Shown here in pieces: positions 42,668 through 54,415 of a DNA stretch of 64,000 nucleotides. The stretch's first letter is position 1. Each line of letters starts with the position of its first letter. The notes beneath the pieces were generated by a model. It saw nothing but the letters and a program-made list of their open reading frames with translations, ran no database searches and had not been told where the DNA came from. The position numbers were made by a program, and so were the translations under genes. Origin of the DNA: a virus; IMG/VR virus record IMGVR_UViG_3300021962_000027; one strand, 5' to 3'.

Positions 42668-43443
42668 TGGTGGCAATTATGATGAAAGATGATATAGACT
42701 ACTTAGTTAGTCTGTACATGGAGTCGTTAATAGACCCAAGTGGTTCGGTGATATCGCCATATTACGATGACCCTAAAATTAGTGAGATTGAAAAAACTTT
42801 GTCGGAGATATACCCATATAGTGATATGGTTAAACCAGCAATGAAATATACAACAAATAATAAAAATATCACAAACCAGGGTGAAGTTAAAACTCATTTT
42901 TTAGACTCACCAGAGAAATATTTCATAACAGGTAAAACAGATAGTAAGTTTTCTTTATTGGATTTAAGTTTTACGAGAGAGCAAGCTTTAAAGTTGTATA
43001 AAGATGATTTAACTAACGGTTATGCTGAATTGAGTGATAGAGTAATGCCAACACCTAGAAATATTAGAGCGGGTAAGAGGATCGAGATTAGCGGTACCAA
43101 TATAGTTGGTATGATTTTATCTGAATCGGATGAAAGAAAAGAATATGTTCTGTATTTAGATACACCAAATCCCGTTTTTTATGTTGATAATTTAGATAAA
43201 ACAACTATATTTAAATTCATGAGAAATAATATTGATGATATGGTCACACCAACATTAAATTATTATTCTGATACAATAGATGAACCAAAAGTTTTATCCG
43301 AAGTATTTATTGATAGAGGTGTAAATAACGCTTTTGAACCAATGAAGAAACTAAAAAATGTTAAGGATTTAAATGAATTAACAAAAACTGGATTTGGATA
43401 TTATAAAATAAACACAAGAGGATACAATTTTAAAGATCAATAA
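42667..43443 (+). CDS. Hypothetical virion structural protein (258 aa)
   Basis: TAATG overlap; baseplate operon. Confidence 0.55.
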   Translation: MVAIMMKDDIDYLVSLYMESLIDPSGSVISPYYDDPKISEIEKTLSEIYPYSDMVKPAMKYTTNNKNITNQGEVKTHFLDSPEKYFITGKTDSKFSLLDLSFTREQALKLYKDDLTNGYAELSDRVMPTPRNIRAGKRIEISGTNIVGMILSESDERKEYVLYLDTPNPVFYVDNLDKTTIFKFMRNNIDDMVTPTLNYYSDTIDEPKVLSEVFIDRGVNNAFEPMKKLKNVKDLNELTKTGFGYYKINTRGYNFKDQ

Positions 43444-43445
43444 AT

Positions 43446-44339
43446 ATGGGAATAGGTGTATATGGTGTTAAAAGACCAGCAGATGTGGACCCTTCAGATA
43501 TAGAAGTTATTGTTTTATACAGTAAGAATAGAAATGCTACTGAAGCTCAAAAAGTAACAAAATTAAACGGTACTGACGTTATTAAACCAGTATTTGACCC
43601 AACCAATACCCTAGAGGTTTTAGGTGGTATGTATAACCTAGAGTTACCAAAAAGCGTATTTAACGCTAAAGGTTTCTATACGGTATATATTAGACCAGCT
43701 CAAATAAGAGTCCAGATTGAGGATTGCGCTGAGTTGGCAACATTCCCAGATATTAAAGGTTTGGTATTGAACATAGATTCAGCACCGAATGGTTTCAAAA
43801 GCAAATTCAGTAATAACGGTTTAGATGGTTACAGAGTTGAATACCTTAACGATAACGGAAGTAAAGTACAAAACTTATACAGAGTTATCACATCATCGTT
43901 TATTGTTGAACCTGTTCAGGTTGACACACCTAATAGTTCAGTTAAAACCATTAAATACACATATAACAACGTAGGGTCTTTATTATTCTGTACGGTAACA
44001 CCAAATGCCGCACCAAGTTTTAAACCTACAGCAACACCATTTATTGGTTTTAAAGGTCAAAACATTGTTTTAACAAACACTAGTTTTACCCCACAAGTAC
44101 TTGAAGTTGAATTAGTTAACTATGATGCTGAAAGTTTAGCAATCGCTTTATATTCGGATCAAACTAAATCGATGGAAGATGGTATTTACACGTTATATGA
44201 CTTTGATGGCAACATATATGCTCAGTATGATTTATATGAGATTAAAGACGCTACAAATAAAAAATTATTTGAGGTTAGAACAAGAAGAAATAACATAGAC
44301 TCAACAAAGACATTAAATAACATAGTAGGAAATGGCTAA
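43446..44339 (+). CDS. Hypothetical virion structural protein (297 aa)
   Basis: Beta-rich ORF in the baseplate operon. Confidence 0.55.
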   Translation: MGIGVYGVKRPADVDPSDIEVIVLYSKNRNATEAQKVTKLNGTDVIKPVFDPTNTLEVLGGMYNLELPKSVFNAKGFYTVYIRPAQIRVQIEDCAELATFPDIKGLVLNIDSAPNGFKSKFSNNGLDGYRVEYLNDNGSKVQNLYRVITSSFIVEPVQVDTPNSSVKTIKYTYNNVGSLLFCTVTPNAAPSFKPTATPFIGFKGQNIVLTNTSFTPQVLEVELVNYDAESLAIALYSDQTKSMEDGIYTLYDFDGNIYAQYDLYEIKDATNKKLFEVRTRRNNIDSTKTLNNIVGNG

Positions 44340-47300
44340 TCTTAGTTATACAAATACACCATTAATAGCACACTTATATGACACAGCGGATGCAGCTATG
44401 GCTGCCGCAGCTGATCTTGGGTGTTCTGGTTATAGAACTTATAATATTAACGGTGAAAATAAATATGTACCTTGTGCATCCTTTTTGGCGTATGAGCAAG
44501 CATTAAGATATTACAAAAGCCAAGGGGTTAATAACCAGATTTCTGGATCTGGTAATATTGGGGATAAAGCGGTTGGCTTACAATTTGCTAACGCAAACGA
44601 TGAAATCGCTGGTGATCCGTTTTTTACTTTAGGTAATTTTTCATTAAACACATCAGTCACCAAAAAAGGTGTATCTGGTAAAAATTTAACACTTTCTAGT
44701 GGTAATAAGTCATATACAGCTGAAAGTATTAATAAATTAAACCCAGCTAAAAACACAACACAAAGTGCTATTGATCAAGTTAACAAAAAGATTAATGATA
44801 ACCTAACCGTTAGAGTACTTTTTAATAAAAAGAAATTACAAAATTATGTTTTATACGCTCCGATGAAGGAGACTATTAAAAACACAATTATTGAAATAAC
44901 CCAAAAATACCCAGCTGGTCTTAAATTAAATGTTATTGGTATTCTAACACCAACGGTGTCTGAATATAATTATTCAACAAATAAAGACACATCCCAATTT
45001 AAAATCAATCTAAGTAATATATTCAACCCATTTGAAATTGAATACACAACATCGGGTTCGACAAAAAGTGATGATGTTAATATAACACCTTTGAGAAACT
45101 TTTCTAAAACATATACAGATTATGTTATTTACTATAAAGGGGTTGAATATAAGATATTAAATGCTACATTACCTAGTTCATATAATGATAATGATAATGG
45201 GATTTACGTAACTGTAGAAGGTAACCCGTTCATTAATGAAGTTAATAATGATAAAACTGTTAATAGAACATTTTGGGTAAAACCAAAAATGCAAAAATAT
45301 GATGAATTCCAAACAAACTTATCTGACATGGGTCAGTTTTTGTTGGATTATGATTATGATAAGAAAAAATATGTTAGTGTAATTCGTTACAAAAAATTCA
45401 CTGATCTTGGTGTTGAGTTAAATATGAATGAAACATTATTATTTCCTCAGTATGATGAGGTTAATATTGATTTATTCAGTGATGCGTTTGATAAATATTT
45501 AACTAAATTAAACGGTATATCGGATGACTTTGACGCAACAAAAACAAATTTAATCTCAAGATTCTTAACAACAGATTCTTTAAAAGAATTTGATACTGAT
45601 GACAGGAGAATAAATTTAATGTTTGGGCTTATCGGTAAGAATTTTGATACCATTAAAAAATATGTTGATGGTATAACATTCATGACTAATCTTAGTTATG
45701 ATAAAATAGAAAACATACCTGACTTATTGGTTAAGAACTATGGTAATATGCTTGGTTTTGAGACCTATAATGTTGAAGATGAGAATACGCTAATTGAATC
45801 ATTGTTTGATATTAAAGACTTAAGGGTTGAACCTGGTTATAAACCAGTTGATATCGATATTGAACTATGGCGTAGAATTTTTATAAACTCATACCATCTT
45901 TGGAAATCAAAAGGTACCAGAAAATCAATCGAATTTATCTTAAACCTAGTTGGTTTACCAGATTCAATTTTCGAGGTTAATGAGTACGTTTATGTCGCTA
46001 GAGATAAAGTTGATTACACTCAGAAGGCATATGATTTGTATAAATCTAACTACAGTGATAATGTTCTATTAACATTGGTCCCTTTCGATAAAGATGGTTA
46101 CCCAACAGTACCACCAAGAGTTAAATACCAAGAATATGGTTTTAGTGTCGCTAATGATGGTAAAAATTTCGGACCTTATGATTTCGGTACATCATATATC
46201 AGAGCTTACGAGGTTCAAAGTAACGTCCACATCTTTAACATGGATAGGGTAGCTGATAATGTAAAATCTTGGGTTTATTCTGAAAAACAAGTTCTTAGAT
46301 TATCTGAGGATAGTATTGGGTATACCGAATATTATGAAGATGATTCTAGGTTAGTTGTAAACTCTAAAGAATTAGAGGTTTATATCTCGTCAGATAAAAT
46401 ATTTGATTTTACGATGTATAGATATCTAAATAGAAATAGCATTGGTCTGAATACCGATCTGACGTTTAGAGCTGTACCTAGTATAAACGTTGGTAATCTA
46501 AGTTTTAACCAATTCTTACAGAAGTCGATGGATAATTACATCAAACCTGATAATAGAAAAACGATTAAAACATACCCAACTTTAACTAAAATATATTATG
46601 ATTACCTAGCTTCAACTGGTAATCCCGTGACAAACACAAAAAGTTTAGAGTTTTTAAATAAATTTGATTCTTCATGGGTTAAATTAGTACAACAATTTAC
46701 ACCAGCCACAACAATATTAAATGCTGGTAAGAAAATACAAAATAGTAAGTTCTTAGATAACAAATTTGTCTATAAACACGGTTTAAATAATAAAGTTAAT
46801 TGGTTAGGTACTGATGGTTCTGAGTTCCAGAATTTAGCAAAAAGACCAGTTAATCAGGGTACCACTAACCCATTTGATACGATCGGTGTTAAAAAATCAC
46901 CATATGCTGGTGAATCATCTAGTTTCACATTAGTCGGTAACAAAGGTAAGAACTATACTGGTTATGACCCAACTATCAACGAGTATTTTGGTTTCTACTA
47001 TAATATTGAAGACGCTTGTAGTAGTGTTGAGATTTATAGATGGGATGAGAATGAGGACTATGGTGATGATGCTATTTATGGTGGTAATATAAATACTGGT
47101 TCTGGTGACAGAAAGGGTGTATACGTAACGTATGATAATAATCTTTACAGATTAAATACTAATAATATTTATACATCTGGTTATACGATTAACACCGCTT
47201 TAAGTACATATACCGATGCGAATCTTTTATTAAGTAATACCTATGATACCGAAACAATTACATTACCAAATGGCCCAGGTAATTATTTGGTTGAATTTGC

Positions 47301-50300
47301 TCTTTCTGGCCAAGATGATTTAAAAATATATGATGGTCTTGTATCTGGTATTGAATTAGATGGTATTAGTGGTCCTATCACTGGTTCGGTATTCTATTCA
47401 GAAATTTTAACATTCACAACTGATACGGTTACTTTCTGGAACATGCTAAATTACCCCAATGATATCACACTTAAAAACTTATCAGTTGGTCTATTAAGTA
47501 ATAAGCCAAATGCGTTTAATGTATATGATTTAATACCGTTGAATACTGATGCTAGTTTGGTTACGTTTAAGGATAGTACACCAACTACCATATCAACAAT
47601 AGAAAGAAATTATTATATTGAGGCGGTTTCAATTGGCCACGCTTATTTAGCTGCTAATATTGATTACGTTTGCCCTGTACCTAAACCACATACTTGTTAC
47701 TATAACTATAGTGGTTTAACTATTAACATGGCAACTGCTGGTATTACAGATTATTATGATGAAACTGGTCAGTATTTAACGATTGAACAATCAAAATACT
47801 ATGGTTATTCTAAAAACACAGCTACAACAGAACCAGATGACGCAATTTACGGTAAATCAGGTGATTGGGTTGTACCTTTTAGAAAATCAAATAGCTGGAT
47901 AAACGGTGTTGTGTATTATGCTGGTGACGTTGTTACCAAATCTTCGGTTAACTATTTAGTTACTGGGGCTACTGTAACAGGTTACACAGTTTCTGGTGTA
48001 CCATCTGGTACAACCGCAACAACTATTGTACCTGGGATGTATCAAGCGTATTTAAATCGAGTTAAAACAGATCCGTATATGCATATCGATTCAGCATATA
48101 TCAAAAAACTAAGAGTTAACCCGTTTAGTGATATCGTTTCGATTAATCTAACTAAAAACCTTTACCTATACCAAGTTTACAGTGGTTCAACACAAACTGA
48201 AACTTATAAGGTTGTTAATAATGTTCTAAATGATGAGCTTTATATTAGTGAATCATCTAGTTTAACTTTTGATGGTTTTTATTCTTTAGATGAGACTAAA
48301 ATCGGTCCGTTCTATACAGCTAATACTGATGAAATTTTAGTAAATACTTTAATTGATGAATTAGAACTTTCACCTGATAAGGATAACTACATAGATATCA
48401 AGTCACTGAATGATAATTTTAACGTTAATAATAATAGTATTAGTTTATCAGATGGTTATTATTTAGTAAAACAAAACGGTTTCTTAAAATTTGAATCAGA
48501 TTTATATTTTGAATCCGAGTTTGTTATACAACAAGATCTTACCATAAAACTTTTAGATCAGTTTGGGACCATTTACCATGAAGAACTATTCACATTTAGT
48601 GGTGGTGATACTAGCCAAGATAGAGTTGCGAATGTCAGCTTTGAAGGGGTTTTTGCTGTTGATACCAGACTTTATTTAGTCGTTAACCCACAAACATATG
48701 GGTGTACGTTAAAAAGATATGAGATACTGGATTACGATTATCTGAACCCAACAACTTATTCACCAATAGATGATCCTAGATTTAGGGTTTATTTCAATGG
48801 TGGTAGATCGCTTATTGACGGACATTATACTGATGACCTATTATCTATAGAACCAATTGGTGATAACGTAAATTTTCAGGTAGAGCACAATATATTTAAA
48901 ACAGATACTACTTTAGACACATATAAATTTAGACCTAGACCAAGTATAAGTCAATCATATGATGAAGCTAATGCTTTTGGTTTGATCTATGGTAAGTTCT
49001 ATGAAAAATTCAAAACAGCTAGCACTATTGGTGATGTAACTGTGTATGAAAAAGGTTTTAATAACGATAAATTAGATTTTGAGTTAATGGTTAGATCAAA
49101 AGATGCACCATCTTTATTACCAGAAGACCAATCACAAAATGGTATTAAAAAATCATATACAATAACGTCAACTAATAATTATATAGGTAATACCCCACAG
49201 GAAGCTGATAATATGGGTATAACTAAAAATATTATTATTGGTAAAACACCAAAACCTAGGTTAAAAACTTTAAATAAACAAGATTTCCCATTCTTGAGAT
49301 ATCTTAAAAATGAAACTGTTATTAACAGTACCGCTTCTACAATTGATTTTATTGGTTATGATAGCGGACTCACTGATTATGATTTAGTTAGTTATACTGG
49401 TGATACGATTAATAACTTAATTTCAAAAACAAGATATCAAAATACTATAGGTTATTGGAAAAAAGAAAATGTTGTTTATAATACACAATTATATAAAGAT
49501 ATTTTAGCTGTTGTACCCGACTTTAACCCGACTATTAATAATTACCAAATTAACGATATTGTTAAAGTTAAACTAATTAATTATGATGTTGTTGTTGAAA
49601 CAGCAACTGGTACAACGATTGAGACAAAAACTGTTGAAAGATTATATGTTTGTATTGAAGATATTACAAGCAACCACCTTAGAAAGAAAACTGGTATATC
49701 ATATGCAATGAATATACACCCAATATACCAGCCAAATGGTGCTAGAGCATCTTTTATACCTATTGAAAAATATGATATAAAAGCTTTCACACCGATAGGT
49801 TATGATAAATTTGATAGATATTCTTCAGTTAAAACAAAAATTAAACCCTATACATATAATTCCGCTATTATATTAACAGGCGCACCAACTCAAAAACTTA
49901 ATTTAGGTGATATAATTAGAACGGGTAATAACACCGCTTATACTTATTATGAATATGTTTATAATAAATCATTACTTTTTGAATCTGGTAACATCTACCC
50001 AATAGGATCATTTGTTTATTATAACGCATCAACATATGGTACTGATAGTACTTTCAGTTTCTGGATGAAAAAGACGGCAACAGGTACATCAACACCAACA
50101 ACAGGTGCAAATTGGCATGAGTTTAGGTTAACAGGTGCAACATCGAATAATTTATTTTACACTAAAAATGATGTAATAACTTTAACTGGTACACCAGACT
50201 TAACCTACACACCAGCAACATTTAGGTTAAAGAATTTAATACCTACACAAATTAGTGTAAGCGGTAATAAATATTATTCAACATTAAATACTGGGTTTAC

Positions 50301-51660
50301 AAATACGGTTATCGCTGATGCGGCACCCAACTATTTACCGATGGTTAATACAGCTGGTGAATTAGATGGCACTGATATGGTTGGTTATTACTTAGTTACT
50401 GGTACGACAGTTCAATATTCTGGTGGATCAAATAGTCTATACACTGGATATACTTTAGATACGAATCTAATACAAAATGATTATACCACTGTTAATGATA
50501 AAACAATTAGTGGTATAAGATTAGCGAGCAATAATATATCAAATAACATTAAACCGTTATTTGAAAGATTATGTTCTAACACTGACGATGATAGTATATA
50601 CGAATGGTCCTCAACAAGATCATATGCGGCTAATTCAACAAAAATGAGCACCAGATATAGTTTAAGTAGAAATGTTCTATATAGAGCTAAAAATGTAACT
50701 ATTGGTACAAACGCAACTGAACCGCATTTAAATACAACTAGATGGGAAGAATATGATTTTATGTTAGTTAACAAATTTACCTATTATAAAGACAGAACCA
50801 AGGTTAAAATTTATGAGGGTACTGTTGAATCTTTAAACACAACAACTAAAAATAGTTTATATTTCTTTAAAAATGATTTAACCTTAAAATCAGGTTTTGC
50901 TGAAAATTCTTTTAGCGGGTCAACTAAAAATGTTAAATTATTAAATGGGGTTAACAAACTATTTGACGCTAAAAATGAGAATTTAAGAGATGTTTCTCAA
51001 TATGGTGTAGCTGGGTTTAGAAAATCTGGGTCAGACATAATAATGGATTATTACTATGATAGGGATGATAATAATTTACCGTTAACAGGTGAATTTATAG
51101 GTGGTTTAACAATAACAAACCCATGTGGACATCACGCAAAAGTGATATTTGGTGTATTATTTGACGCAGATTTAAGATCATTAAGTCAATTATACCCTAG
51201 AAAACAAACAAATCCAGCGGTACCAGTTATTGCTAGTTCAACATATAACCCTAACATTAGATTAATAGTTAATCAGTTTGGTGCGACTAAAATGAGAGTT
51301 ACCATATCTAGTCCAAATATGAGCACAATTACAAAGGTGTTAGCTAAAAACCAATCAATTGATGATACCATATCAGCGATAAAAGGTGATAATATAACGA
51401 TTAGTGTTACATATGACACAAATAAAAATCTTACTAGATATAAGAGTGGTAATGTTGACGGGTATACATTATATAACGCAAGCGATGTTGGTATTGATAA
51501 TACCTACATAACAGCAACTAAAACGTCTGTTAGTAAAGTTGTTACAAGAACAGTTAAACTTAAAGATCTCTATGAGGATAGAGTTATTAAATTAGACTTT
51601 GAAGGTGCCAATTATATAGAACTAGCAACAGTTGATCCAGCAGATTACATAAAATTATAA
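44332..51660 (+). CDS. Giant baseplate wedge protein (gp7 / P2 gpI-like core) with CBM5/12-like modules (2442 aa)
   Basis: IPDLLV...LG and LWKSKGTRKSIEFIL...G.....VNEY (KGT motif). Several W/F-x5-Y-x2-G-x2-V modules and a T/G-rich C-terminal half. Confidence 0.65.
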   Translation: MANLSYTNTPLIAHLYDTADAAMAAAADLGCSGYRTYNINGENKYVPCASFLAYEQALRYYKSQGVNNQISGSGNIGDKAVGLQFANANDEIAGDPFFTLGNFSLNTSVTKKGVSGKNLTLSSGNKSYTAESINKLNPAKNTTQSAIDQVNKKINDNLTVRVLFNKKKLQNYVLYAPMKETIKNTIIEITQKYPAGLKLNVIGILTPTVSEYNYSTNKDTSQFKINLSNIFNPFEIEYTTSGSTKSDDVNITPLRNFSKTYTDYVIYYKGVEYKILNATLPSSYNDNDNGIYVTVEGNPFINEVNNDKTVNRTFWVKPKMQKYDEFQTNLSDMGQFLLDYDYDKKKYVSVIRYKKFTDLGVELNMNETLLFPQYDEVNIDLFSDAFDKYLTKLNGISDDFDATKTNLISRFLTTDSLKEFDTDDRRINLMFGLIGKNFDTIKKYVDGITFMTNLSYDKIENIPDLLVKNYGNMLGFETYNVEDENTLIESLFDIKDLRVEPGYKPVDIDIELWRRIFINSYHLWKSKGTRKSIEFILNLVGLPDSIFEVNEYVYVARDKVDYTQKAYDLYKSNYSDNVLLTLVPFDKDGYPTVPPRVKYQEYGFSVANDGKNFGPYDFGTSYIRAYEVQSNVHIFNMDRVADNVKSWVYSEKQVLRLSEDSIGYTEYYEDDSRLVVNSKELEVYISSDKIFDFTMYRYLNRNSIGLNTDLTFRAVPSINVGNLSFNQFLQKSMDNYIKPDNRKTIKTYPTLTKIYYDYLASTGNPVTNTKSLEFLNKFDSSWVKLVQQFTPATTILNAGKKIQNSKFLDNKFVYKHGLNNKVNWLGTDGSEFQNLAKRPVNQGTTNPFDTIGVKKSPYAGESSSFTLVGNKGKNYTGYDPTINEYFGFYYNIEDACSSVEIYRWDENEDYGDDAIYGGNINTGSGDRKGVYVTYDNNLYRLNTNNIYTSGYTINTALSTYTDANLLLSNTYDTETITLPNGPGNYLVEFALSGQDDLKIYDGLVSGIELDGISGPITGSVFYSEILTFTTDTVTFWNMLNYPNDITLKNLSVGLLSNKPNAFNVYDLIPLNTDASLVTFKDSTPTTISTIERNYYIEAVSIGHAYLAANIDYVCPVPKPHTCYYNYSGLTINMATAGITDYYDETGQYLTIEQSKYYGYSKNTATTEPDDAIYGKSGDWVVPFRKSNSWINGVVYYAGDVVTKSSVNYLVTGATVTGYTVSGVPSGTTATTIVPGMYQAYLNRVKTDPYMHIDSAYIKKLRVNPFSDIVSINLTKNLYLYQVYSGSTQTETYKVVNNVLNDELYISESSSLTFDGFYSLDETKIGPFYTANTDEILVNTLIDELELSPDKDNYIDIKSLNDNFNVNNNSISLSDGYYLVKQNGFLKFESDLYFESEFVIQQDLTIKLLDQFGTIYHEELFTFSGGDTSQDRVANVSFEGVFAVDTRLYLVVNPQTYGCTLKRYEILDYDYLNPTTYSPIDDPRFRVYFNGGRSLIDGHYTDDLLSIEPIGDNVNFQVEHNIFKTDTTLDTYKFRPRPSISQSYDEANAFGLIYGKFYEKFKTASTIGDVTVYEKGFNNDKLDFELMVRSKDAPSLLPEDQSQNGIKKSYTITSTNNYIGNTPQEADNMGITKNIIIGKTPKPRLKTLNKQDFPFLRYLKNETVINSTASTIDFIGYDSGLTDYDLVSYTGDTINNLISKTRYQNTIGYWKKENVVYNTQLYKDILAVVPDFNPTINNYQINDIVKVKLINYDVVVETATGTTIETKTVERLYVCIEDITSNHLRKKTGISYAMNIHPIYQPNGARASFIPIEKYDIKAFTPIGYDKFDRYSSVKTKIKPYTYNSAIILTGAPTQKLNLGDIIRTGNNTAYTYYEYVYNKSLLFESGNIYPIGSFVYYNASTYGTDSTFSFWMKKTATGTSTPTTGANWHEFRLTGATSNNLFYTKNDVITLTGTPDLTYTPATFRLKNLIPTQISVSGNKYYSTLNTGFTNTVIADAAPNYLPMVNTAGELDGTDMVGYYLVTGTTVQYSGGSNSLYTGYTLDTNLIQNDYTTVNDKTISGIRLASNNISNNIKPLFERLCSNTDDDSIYEWSSTRSYAANSTKMSTRYSLSRNVLYRAKNVTIGTNATEPHLNTTRWEEYDFMLVNKFTYYKDRTKVKIYEGTVESLNTTTKNSLYFFKNDLTLKSGFAENSFSGSTKNVKLLNGVNKLFDAKNENLRDVSQYGVAGFRKSGSDIIMDYYYDRDDNNLPLTGEFIGGLTITNPCGHHAKVIFGVLFDADLRSLSQLYPRKQTNPAVPVIASSTYNPNIRLIVNQFGATKMRVTISSPNMSTITKVLAKNQSIDDTISAIKGDNITISVTYDTNKNLTRYKSGNVDGYTLYNASDVGIDNTYITATKTSVSKVVTRTVKLKDLYEDRVIKLDFEGANYIELATVDPADYIKL

Positions 51661-51668
51661 AATAACGA

Positions 51669-51676
51669 TATTTATA
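51669..51676 (+). promoter_or_regulatory. Putative late promoter TATTTATA
   Basis: GATATTTATATAAA, 12 nt before ATG 51689. Confidence 0.55.
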
Positions 51677-51688
51677 TAAAAACAAAAA

Positions 51689-54415
51689 ATGAGCTATATA
51701 ATTAAGAAAAATGATCCCTTAGTTAATGTTAAATTAACAAATAATGGTAGGAGAAATTTGGCTGAGGGTGCTTTAAATTTTACATATTTTGGGCTTGGTG
51801 ATAGTGAGATGAACTATACCACTGATGAGGTGTCAAGTGTAAACGTTTCAAGACCATCTGATAACGCCTTTAATATGAACTACCCAGTTAGTCCAGACGG
51901 TGTCAATACCGTAGTACCAATAACTTTAGTTAACGCTATACCTAACGAGGTATACACAACGGCTATTGAAAGAGGTTTTTTTGAATATACTGGTACAACA
52001 ATCCACCCAGTAGTAAATTTGGCTAGTTTATACAATATTACTGGTACAACAATTGGGTCAACAAATACAATATCATTTGAATTTACAACAAATAGCTCAA
52101 AAAACGCTCATTACACCGATTTAAAACCTGGTGATTATCTTTTTGTTAAATACGAAAATGATAATTTTGTTAGCGGTTCAACCTATTCACAATCTGTCGA
52201 AATCACTCAACCTAATCAATATCTCTGGTATTCAATAGAGACAATAACAACAGCTGATTCTGGTGATAATCAGACATTAACTGGTATTACGACTGGTACG
52301 ACAATAACACTTGTTCTTGATCGAAAATTACCAGTTGGTTCAGCCAATTTAACAGGGTTTATTTACCCAGGTAAAGATACAATAAAAGATTATTATGATA
52401 ACGCAACACCTTTAGCTTATTGGCAAGGTGGATTATTGGATTTCTCTAATAATAATACACAATCTGAATTAGATGTTCCAGTGTGGAATATGAACATAAT
52501 TAATATTGAGGATGTTATTGGATTAAATCCTGTTACCGACAAGTCAAAATATGATGCTGTATCAAGTAATTACCTCGGAGCTGCAATAAAATTTAACCAA
52601 TATGATGTTAAATCTAAGGTTGGTATAATACACTACACTAATAACACTGTTTCAAATTTTTACGGTGAGGGTTTTTATAGGTCAACATTAAAACTTAAAA
52701 TACCTTATATAATGTGGCACAAACAACAATTCACGAGTACACCAACAACTATCGGGTATACGTTTATTGCTGATACTGAGTTAAAAACGATGACAGTTAA
52801 TGCTGAATTGGGTATTGGTGGGTTGACTTACCAGTATTATGATTTAATTGATCAGGAAACGGATAAAAATATTGTGGGTAAAGTTCTTATCGATGAAAAA
52901 GTTATTCTTATCGAGGATCCAGAATTGTTATCCGTGTTATCACATAAAGCTAATAGAAACTGGACATTACCCAAACCAATACTTACCTTAACAGAGCCAG
53001 GTATTTGCGGTAATACTAGTACAATAGGTTCAGTACAACCAGGTGAATATTTTTTTGCATCGTATTTATTTTCAGATACAAATGGTATAACAGGTATGCA
53101 ATGCGAGGATTACACAATGGTGTTTAATAATACTGATAAACCTAAGGACGTTTTATTTGAATTTAATAAAAAGACCTCTGACCCAAATTATAGCGAATTT
53201 AATTTTTTAACCGATTATGACGATATCACTGGAACAGGTTTTAAAACTAACCAGATATTTTTATTATGGCAAAAATCCGAAACACCGATAAAACCAGACT
53301 CAACAAATTGGTCTTATGTGGAAGTTAGTGAATATTTGGGTACAAATGGTTGTGTAACTGGTGTTATGAAAACCGATTGTAGTGAATTTGAATTACATGC
53401 GGATATTTTAGATTACAGTAATGATTTACTATTAACACACCCAACAATCAATTTATCAACATTTGACGCATTTGAATTGGGTGAAACTCAGGTTGGTGAG
53501 GTTATTGTTATTTTTAACGGTACGGTGCAAAAACAAGCGTCAGATGATACATTATCTAATGGGGACTATTACCTATACCCAAATTCAACAGGTATAGTTG
53601 GTCCAAATAATAGAAATGTTATTGTGTTTGCGCAAGGGTATGGTGTATCAGGTGATTTATTACAGATTTATTATTTAATCGGTAATAGCGTAACAGCTAA
53701 AACGATTAAGCAAGTGATATCAGTACCATCCTTAACAACTATTAATTCGAATACAAATGCGGACCAGATCTATAAATCAACGATCGCACCGAATAGGATA
53801 TCACTTAAATTAGATAAACAACCTAATAATTCAACAGTATGGTTATTCTATAAAGGTATGTTATTATCATCTGCAACATATGGTATTTTTGTTACAAATG
53901 AAACGATTGATGATAGACGTGTTGAATTAAACTTTACCCCAGCTCAGGGTAGTGAAATAACGATATTTTATTTAGATAATTCAGGACTTGGGCAATTAGT
54001 TTCAACAAATGTTTTAACAAAAGATACAATAGCGGCATTAAGGGTAAATATTGACCAATATATACTTGACAATAGTGAGACTGATCTTTATATTTTAACA
54101 GATTATATTGATTTACCATCGGTTACTGAAGCGGATAAATTTACATTTGGTGATGAGGTATTCTTTTACGGAAACATTGAGACGGACATAAAAGCGACTA
54201 TCTATAAAACACAATTAACATGTAATGTTTTACCGAATCAGTTCATAGCTTCACAGAACCCAACATTTAACCCAGATCAGGATAAAGTTGCTTTCACTGA
54301 AATAGCTATTTATGATAGTAATAATATGGTTGTCGCAACTGGTAAATTTTCAGAGCCAGTGACGAGAAAATATAATTCTGATATGTTAGTATTACAAGCA
54401 ACAATTGATTTCTAA
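51689..54415 (+). CDS. Tail fibre-attachment / collar-like protein (908 aa)
   Basis: N-terminal LTNNGRRNLAEG...YFGLGD and C-terminal TEIAIYD....VATGKFSEPV.K bracket the protein. Two internal small beta domains (V.FNG..Q...DY; LFYKG...P..GSEI.I.Y). Confidence 0.55.
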   Translation: MSYIIKKNDPLVNVKLTNNGRRNLAEGALNFTYFGLGDSEMNYTTDEVSSVNVSRPSDNAFNMNYPVSPDGVNTVVPITLVNAIPNEVYTTAIERGFFEYTGTTIHPVVNLASLYNITGTTIGSTNTISFEFTTNSSKNAHYTDLKPGDYLFVKYENDNFVSGSTYSQSVEITQPNQYLWYSIETITTADSGDNQTLTGITTGTTITLVLDRKLPVGSANLTGFIYPGKDTIKDYYDNATPLAYWQGGLLDFSNNNTQSELDVPVWNMNIINIEDVIGLNPVTDKSKYDAVSSNYLGAAIKFNQYDVKSKVGIIHYTNNTVSNFYGEGFYRSTLKLKIPYIMWHKQQFTSTPTTIGYTFIADTELKTMTVNAELGIGGLTYQYYDLIDQETDKNIVGKVLIDEKVILIEDPELLSVLSHKANRNWTLPKPILTLTEPGICGNTSTIGSVQPGEYFFASYLFSDTNGITGMQCEDYTMVFNNTDKPKDVLFEFNKKTSDPNYSEFNFLTDYDDITGTGFKTNQIFLLWQKSETPIKPDSTNWSYVEVSEYLGTNGCVTGVMKTDCSEFELHADILDYSNDLLLTHPTINLSTFDAFELGETQVGEVIVIFNGTVQKQASDDTLSNGDYYLYPNSTGIVGPNNRNVIVFAQGYGVSGDLLQIYYLIGNSVTAKTIKQVISVPSLTTINSNTNADQIYKSTIAPNRISLKLDKQPNNSTVWLFYKGMLLSSATYGIFVTNETIDDRRVELNFTPAQGSEITIFYLDNSGLGQLVSTNVLTKDTIAALRVNIDQYILDNSETDLYILTDYIDLPSVTEADKFTFGDEVFFYGNIETDIKATIYKTQLTCNVLPNQFIASQNPTFNPDQDKVAFTEIAIYDSNNMVVATGKFSEPVTRKYNSDMLVLQATIDF

